From NCBI GenBank assembly GCA_951406725.2, contig OX597823.1, forward strand, positions 86,428,001 through 86,492,000: DNA of 64,000 bases. The letters run 5' to 3'. Position numbers and translations under genes: made by a program. Within the stretch, counting starts at the first letter, position 1; each line of letters starts with the position of its first letter. The stretch is from Octopus vulgaris. Its lineage: Eukaryota. This document shows, piece by piece, positions 56,771 through 64,000 of the stretch. Under the pieces are notes generated by a model that did not search any database, was not told where the DNA came from, and was given only the letters and a program-made list of their open reading frames with translations.

Positions 56771-57842
56771 TATTCAGAGGGATTATAAAGATTTGGAAGT
56801 GTAAGTAGATAGCAGGAGATAGAGAGAAAGAGAGAGATGTAAAGAAATGAAAAGAAATGGAGAGAAAACGAGGGAGAAAAGAGGGGTAAAGACAAAGGGA
56901 AGATGAATTTGTATGTTTTTGAGTGTGTTTATATTGTTTATTTACATATATCCGTATACTACTCCAATCACGTTCTTATTAATAAATCTGTTGATTGCAT
57001 TATTTGGTAGATATTAGCTTACGTGTCTTTATCTATGTCTCTGCATCCGCCGCTGCAATACTTCACGTATGCATAGCGAATCATGTCCTGCTCGAAATCC
57101 TTACATAAGAATAGACCGCCGTCTTTTGACGTGTCCTTGAATGCAGCAACATTATATACGTATTAATGTATGTTCTCTTTAATCTGCTTGGCTTTGTTCA
57201 GCCGGGCAAATGGGCAAGTTGCATTGTATTCCATTTTATTATTCCTTTGTGTCATTTCCTTCATGACTTTTATTTAATCCTAATCGCAAATGTCTTGTTA
57301 ACTAATTATCCGACCATCGTTTGTGGTTGACTCTAACGAAATTCTTTGTCATTGTAAAATAATATAATACTCCTCTTTAGATGAATTCGCATGCACGCAT
57401 ACACCTATGCGCATGCGTGTGCGCTTATATCCTGACATGTATTTAAGCGTTTCAACTTGTAAAGTATTCTTTTATATTCTTTTGTTCTTTTATTTGTTTC
57501 AGTCATTTGATTGCGGCCATGCTGGAGCACCGCATTTAGTCGAACAAACAGACCTCACAACTTATTTGTAAGCCAAGTACTTATTATATCGGTCTCTTTT
57601 GCGGAACCGCTAAATTATGGGGGACAAAAACGCACCAACATCGGTTATCAAGCAATGGTTGGAGGGACAAACATAGACAAACACACACACACACACACAC
57701 ACACATATATGCTTTCGATGCAGGAAATCCTTTTTTCTATCGGGGGCTTATATGCTCCTCTATTGGACTATTTCTTTAGTCATTGTACAGTGATCCCCAT
57801 AAGCTTTAAGCCTATGTAAAAATACCATTATTATTATTTACA

Positions 57843-58155
<313 letters not shown>

Positions 58156-58789
58156 ATACACGGCGGGCTTCTTTCTTAAAAATTCTATAACAGATGGTAA
58201 TTATTGTTGCACTATATGTATGAACTCTTTGTTCTCTGTCCATTCCAGTTTGTGTATGTTTGACGGCACAAAACCTGTTCAAGCATTTCAAGGGAGGTGA
58301 CACAATCTTACGCCAAGGCTAGGAGACTTTTGGAAGATGATGACTTGCTTAATATGCTTGAGCTGCAGCCAACCACAAGTACTTATACACCGGCGGCAGA
58401 ACTTAAACCTTCAAAAAAACAGCATAGATTGACACCCCTATAATTTCGACCTTGTGAATATACGCTGTTAAGATGCTCGTTGTGGTATGACCAATAGAGT
58501 CAAGATGTGTGAATATTTGCAAACAACCGCTGGCAAATACTTGAGCTGTCTGTTTTTGACATAGAATTGTAACTAGGGATGAAAATGGATCTATTTTCAT
58601 AATCCTAAGAGAAATCAGTAGCTTCACTCTGGCCAACACCACCTGTTGTCAAACAGCACTTGTTTGAACAGAAGGTCATATTGAATATTTGGTATTATTT
58701 GATGGATTGGAGTTGCAATTTACGCCTGTCTCAGATCGTCATGCTATGAGTGCTAAATGCAGTGAATATATGATGCTTGGAACGATACG

Positions 58790-59172
58790 CAATGCTACTG
58801 CATGACAATGCCCCAGTACACACTGCAATGTGACCATGCGCAAACTTGAGTATTTTGAAGGCCTGAAAGTGTTAGCTCACACTGCCAACAGCCTAGACGT
58901 TGCACTCTCACATTACCACTTTTTCCGGGGCATGTCACCCTTCCTGTCCAGACGGATATTCAACAATGTGGATGAGGTTCAAAATGAGGACGCGAAGGTT
59001 TTTACTTCTAAACCAGCCACAAGCGTAGAATTAAGGTACTGGGGCAATGATGGCAATAGACAAAAGAATATGATAGGATATATTTTGATGAATTAACGTC
59101 TTTCGTATGTAACTTGTTCGAACTGTTAACAAACGCTTGAAATATGAAGAAAACTTTTGACCCAACCTTGTA
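58790..59172 (+). pseudogene. Decayed mariner transposase 3' part with a probable right TIR
   Basis: MLLHDNAPVHTA...LAHTANSLDVALSHYHFFRGM..FL.RRIFNNVDEV; ends AAAACTTTTGACCCAACCTTGTA. Confidence 0.75.
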
Positions 59173-61153
59173 TAATATGTAGCGGGATGAGTAACTGCTA
59201 TTCAGTTCAACAGTTGCTGATGAACTGCCTGTTCTCTTCGTACATATTCCGTCTTTTTATGCCGCATATTTAAGGTCTTTTTTGTTCGTTACTTTAATCG
59301 CATTTTGGTGTCCCCGACGTAAATCAGAAAAGATTTCCCTCGAAGTTCGCTTCCATCTTTAATGTTATCTGTCCTCTGGACGAACACTGAATCCATAGAT
59401 GCAGTTTGATGATAAGTGAATTGTAGATATTGTTTATAGTAAATGAAGACATATTTAGAGGCTGTTTGAATCACTATTATACTTCAGCTGGCTGGTTTTC
59501 ACTTTTTGTAGAAGTAGTCTATATCACTTTTGAGGTAGAACTTTCTGGTGTGGGTTAATAACTTTCAAGTTTTAACATCTTTCATCCTGGATTTCATCTA
59601 GCGTTTGATCCATTAGCACCCTACTTTTGCAAACATATAGAAACATTTATCGTGACCAAAATCAGTCACTGTATCCTTCATGAATGTTGTAATCAGGTCA
59701 AGGATTTTCTACATACCTTTCATACTGTTGGTATTTTTTCTCAGATCGTCTACAAAGAAGCAGTGTATTAGGTTGCTATTTCTGTTTCCCTGAAATCCGT
59801 TTAAATCAACTTTAAATTATCGCAACAAAATCACAAAATACTTTGTTGAATGCATAAAGGGGAAATATCTCATTGAAATAATTCCTCATAGTTTTATCGC
59901 AGGGACCATAGATATACCTCTTACTCTCATTGTATTTAATAGCATAAAAGATATCCGTGTATGTTAGACGAAGCCCTTATTTTAGAAACTAATAGTCAAG
60001 AAAAAATCTTTTAGCGCATTGAAGCATGTAATATGCACTCAACCTTGCATGTAGGACACGGGGTGACATTTTTTTGCGACGTTATTTGGCAAAATGTGTG
60101 TTATGTATGTTGTCAACTACAGTAATTTCAAAATGGTGGGCCAGAAAAAAAGTTAGGCCACGGCTACCTATAGTTTCATTGTGATACTTGGAACATTAAC
60201 ACATTGAAGGGATTTTAGCATCTACGTCTAGGGAACAAGATCGAAGGCCTTTGCGCAGTGATTCCGATTTGAGTCCAAAGGCTTCTTATGCTGCTGCACA
60301 TCTGACAGCTTTGCTTTGCTAGTCAGAAGTCATTTAGCATATCTTCAAACAACATTTTTTTTCTAATTTGCTTGAATGAGAAGTGAAGACATTACTTTTA
60401 TGTTGATCCTGACAGAAGGATTTACATAACTTATACTGATTTCATATATGACATTTTGGCATGCACTTGGTCAGTAGTTTTTCGAGATATAAGTGGAATT
60501 TTTTACTATGTTTTATTTCCACCAGCATTAACCACATTATCGTGTTTATTTTTCTATTGAACAGCCTACAAGTAAAATTTATTGAGACATCTCTGATATC
60601 AATTCAGTTTCTTTTACCAGCATATGTTTGCATGTTTAATAGATATTAAATGAATCCTAAAACACTTCCCCCCTATAAATATATTCATGAAACAATGCAC
60701 AAACACCCATTTGACGGGTAACTCTCGAAGTATATATTTACCCTGTAGATAATATAAAAAATTATGGTATTCATGCAATAATTATAATTAAACATTTATC
60801 AAACTTTTATCAAATTTCAGGTTGCTTATACAAAATGATGAAATGAATATTTACTTTCGAAAGTGAAATATTTACCAACTGAATAGGAAAAGCAAATAGT
60901 ACAAGTGTATATATGAAATAAATGTATGTTATTTTATGAAATATTCATCAGCGTAATCGCAATCTTCTGCAATGGAAACCTACTCGTGAAAAGTCATATT
61001 GAAAAGTAAATGTGTATTTTTCAGAAAAATATAAGGCACGCATTCTACTTCGTTTAAGTTATCCCTTTTTATTCTTCCTCGTCTACAGTATAAATCGTAA
61101 CTCGAGGAACCAACCATCATTTATATTACGTATATTTGCTACTACAAATGAAC

Positions 61154-61187
<34 letters not shown>

Positions 61188-61224
61188 ACACGCACAAACA
61201 CACACACAAACACACACAAACACA

Positions 61225-61260
<36 letters not shown>

Positions 61261-61618
61261 AACAAACAAACAAACACACACACACATGATTTATGAAAGG
61301 CAAAGGAGAGAGAAGACGGATTTGAACTCAGAGTTGCAGATGACAAAAACCAATACGCTACAGTAGTATTCCAGCAGAAGTTCGTAAGACCGAACCAGTT
61401 CGTCAGAGAATAATATATCTTTTATATTCTACTCGTTTCGCTCATTGGACTGCATCCATGATGGGGCCACGCTTGAAGAGTTTTGTCGAACAAAGTGAAA
61501 CCTAAGTTAAGGGACATGACCATACTAAGCCTGTTATCATGCTGTGAATACGGGCAAACGAATACACACACACATACACACACACATGTATACATGGCTA
61601 TGTATAAATATATGTATA

Positions 61619-61676
<58 letters not shown>

Positions 61677-61813
61677 TGTATGTATGTATAACATCACAAT
61701 CAAGGAACGGCCATAATAGGCCATTCACCCACTAGAAATAACAGCCAAAGCTTCAACCGCAAAATAACATTAATTCCGTAAACCAGGAGAAAATTAAAAA
61801 CATTTACCCTGTA

Positions 61814-61920
61814 ATTTCTTATACGATGCACCGTTTCATCTACTGTTTAATGGTAAACTAACCTGATTAAATTAAATCAAGCCAATCTTCCATAGGCCCT
61901 TAGATTCCTCAGTAAGAAAT
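61814..61920 (-). ncRNA. Type I hammerhead ribozyme, inverted copy of 62672-62778
   Basis: Reverse complement of the plus-strand HHR, with all core nucleotides intact. Confidence 0.88.
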
Positions 61921-62671
61921 AGCCAGAACGGAACAGATATTTTCACGAGGCATTTCTGTCCCTGCCTCGGCAATATCTGACCTAAAATTTTCAAATCATC
62001 GCACTCGCGCCAAATTTATCGGCAGCAAATAAATATAAGCCGCCGATTCCATTACGGAATCAACCAGAAAATTCATAATTAATCAATATAGGGTGGCAAA
62101 AAAAAAAATTTTGTAGAATTTTTTTGCCACCAGCGGCCTAGTGGGAAAAAATTAAATAGTCATAGACCATTTATAAGTTCAACATCACAATCAAGGAGGG
62201 CCTATGGAAGATTGGCTTGATTTAATTTAATCAGGTTAGTTTACCATTAAACAGTAGATGAAACGGTGCATCGTATAAGAAATTACAGGGTAAATGTTTT
62301 TTAATTTTCTCCTGGTTTACGGAATTAATGTTATTTTGTGGTTGAAGCTTTGGCTGTTATTTCTAGTGGGTGAATGGCCTATTATGGCCGTTCCTTGATT
62401 GTGATGTTGAACTTATAAATGGTCTATGACTATTTAATTTTTTCCCACTAGGCCGCTGGTGGCAAAAAAATTCTACAAAATTTTTTTTTTTTTTGCCACC
62501 CTATATTGATTAATTATGAATTTTCTGGTTGATTCCGTAATGGAATCGGCGGCTTATATTTATTTGCTGCCGATAAATTTGGCGCGAGTGCGATGATTTG
62601 AAAATTTTAGGTCAGATATTGCCGAGGCAGGGACAGAAATGCCTCGTGAAAATATCTGTTCCGTTCTGGCT

Positions 62672-62778
62672 ATTTCTTACTGAGGAATCTAAGGGCCTAT
62701 GGAAGATTGGCTTGATTTAATTTAATCAGGTTAGTTTACCATTAAACAGTAGATGAAACGGTGCATCGTATAAGAAAT
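62672..62778 (+). ncRNA. Type I hammerhead ribozyme with canonical core and long helix II
   Basis: Helix I ATTTCTTA/TAAGAAAT (8 bp); core CTGAGGA at 62680; helix II ATCTA...TAGAT with internal extension ATTGGCTTGATT/AATCAGGTTAGT; GAAA at 62755; helix III ACGGTGCATCGT (self-complementary with G-U); GUA cleavage triplet ending at 62770. Confidence 0.9.
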
Positions 62779-63015
62779 TACAGGGTAAATGTTTTTTAAT
62801 TTTCTCCTGGTTTACGGAATTAATGTTATTTTGCGGTTGAAGCTTTGGCTGTTATTTCTAGTGGGTGAATGGCCTATTATGGCCGTTCCTTGATTGTGAT
62901 GTTGAACTTATAAATGGTCTATGACTATTTAATTTTTTCCCACTAGGCCGCTGGTGGCAAAAAATTCTACAAAATTTTTTTTTTGCCACCCTATATTGAT
63001 TAATTATGTATGTAT

Positions 63016-63048
<33 letters not shown>

Positions 63049-63139
63049 CATACATATATATATATATATACATATATATTATACATTTATATAATCAATT
63101 CAAAAAGACATACACACATAATATACGGTTTGTATGCAC

Positions 63140-63184
<45 letters not shown>

Positions 63185-64000
63185 ATTTGTATGAATGTCA
63201 ACATATGTACAAATTACTGTGGTACGTGTCTGGTGAATTTTGTGTCTCTGCCCACACACGCCTTCGTTGAAGTAGCTACGTGTTTGTGTACGTCATGTTA
63301 GCACTTTTCTTTTCTCTGTCTAAGAACAGGTTTTTGTGTTGCTGCCTAGAGATAATTAAGGTGGAGAAAGGATGAAGTAGAAATTACATTCACAGGAGTC
63401 TAATCATTTGCTTTTTGGTTTTGTTTTCCGTTCGTTTTTTTCCTGCCGTAAGTACATAGTGGATTATTTGAACCGAAAGTCAATGTGTCGCTTGTAAATA
63501 TATGCATTATGACGTGTCTGAAACACTAGGTAACGGTAGTAAAGGTGATGAATAGAAAACAGGAAAAGCGAAAACAACACAAATGGTTATAAACGAAAAT
63601 TTGTGTAAGTGGCAATTGCCATCTTTTCTATAAGTGTTTGTCTTTGCTCATTGACCAAAATCTTTCTGCAATCTATTCTGGGTTCTCTACTAACAAAAAG
63701 AAATACATGAATAAAAAAAAATATAAATATATATATCAATAAATAAAAATGAAAAAAAAAACGTGAATAATCGAAGGAAAACAAAATGGAAGGTAACAAT
63801 ACTACAATGTAACAAACTGCAACAAAAGGTTATAATGAAAACAAAAGAAGAAATAAAGAGAGGAAAAACAAAAGAATAAACTCATATAGTGTATAAACAA
63901 TATCAACATTGTTTAGTCATCGATATATATGTACTGAATTGAACTAAAGAAGTCACTGCTTACGACTTCTGGTCGTTAATTCGAGAAGTATGGGTGATCA

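Larger units (their letters stand above)
61690..63005. mobile_element. Retrozyme-like non-autonomous retroelement: ~495-nt HHR-containing unit, ~1.03 copies on minus strand (61690-62196) joined to ~1.63 tandem copies on plus strand (62197-63005)
   Basis: AGGGCCTATGGAAG recurs at 62197 and 62692 (period 495). AACATCACAATCAAGG recurs at 61690 and 62181. The left block is the reverse complement of the right block. By eye, copies differ by about one substitution and homopolymer length. Flanked by TATGTATGTATGTATA at 61675-61690 and 63005-63020 (possible TSD, low complexity). Confidence 0.85.

Noticed and set aside
59203-59230. CTGATGAACTG
   Set aside because: A small local inverted repeat with no downstream GAAA or helix III.

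Overview
AT-rich, repeat-saturated animal DNA, probably intronic or intergenic. It is most likely octopus/cephalopod, inferred from the tRNA-derived SINE families and the extreme (TA)n/(CA)n/(TACA)n density. I find no intact protein-coding gene: almost all track ORFs are microsatellite or SINE translations. The window holds many copies of three tRNA-derived SINE families, non-autonomous Helitrons, decayed mariner/maT/hAT/piggyBac-like DNA transposons, RTE and R4-like LINE remnants, and one 5'-truncated Penelope-like element (PLE) with RT and GIY-YIG domains at 36.3-38.0 kb. The standout signal is a set of sequence-unrelated type I hammerhead ribozyme (HHR) cassettes, all with a palindromic helix III, sitting in or beside microsatellites and mostly arranged as head-to-head fold-backs with the ribozymes facing outward. 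The best example (61690-63005) is a very young, non-coding ~495-nt unit present as ~1.03 copies on the minus strand fused to ~1.63 tandem copies on the plus strand. It carries a canonical HHR and folds almost entirely into G-U-rich hairpins on the ribozyme strand, as expected for an integrated retrozyme/viroid-like circular RNA. All structures were paired by eye; no folding program or database search was run.
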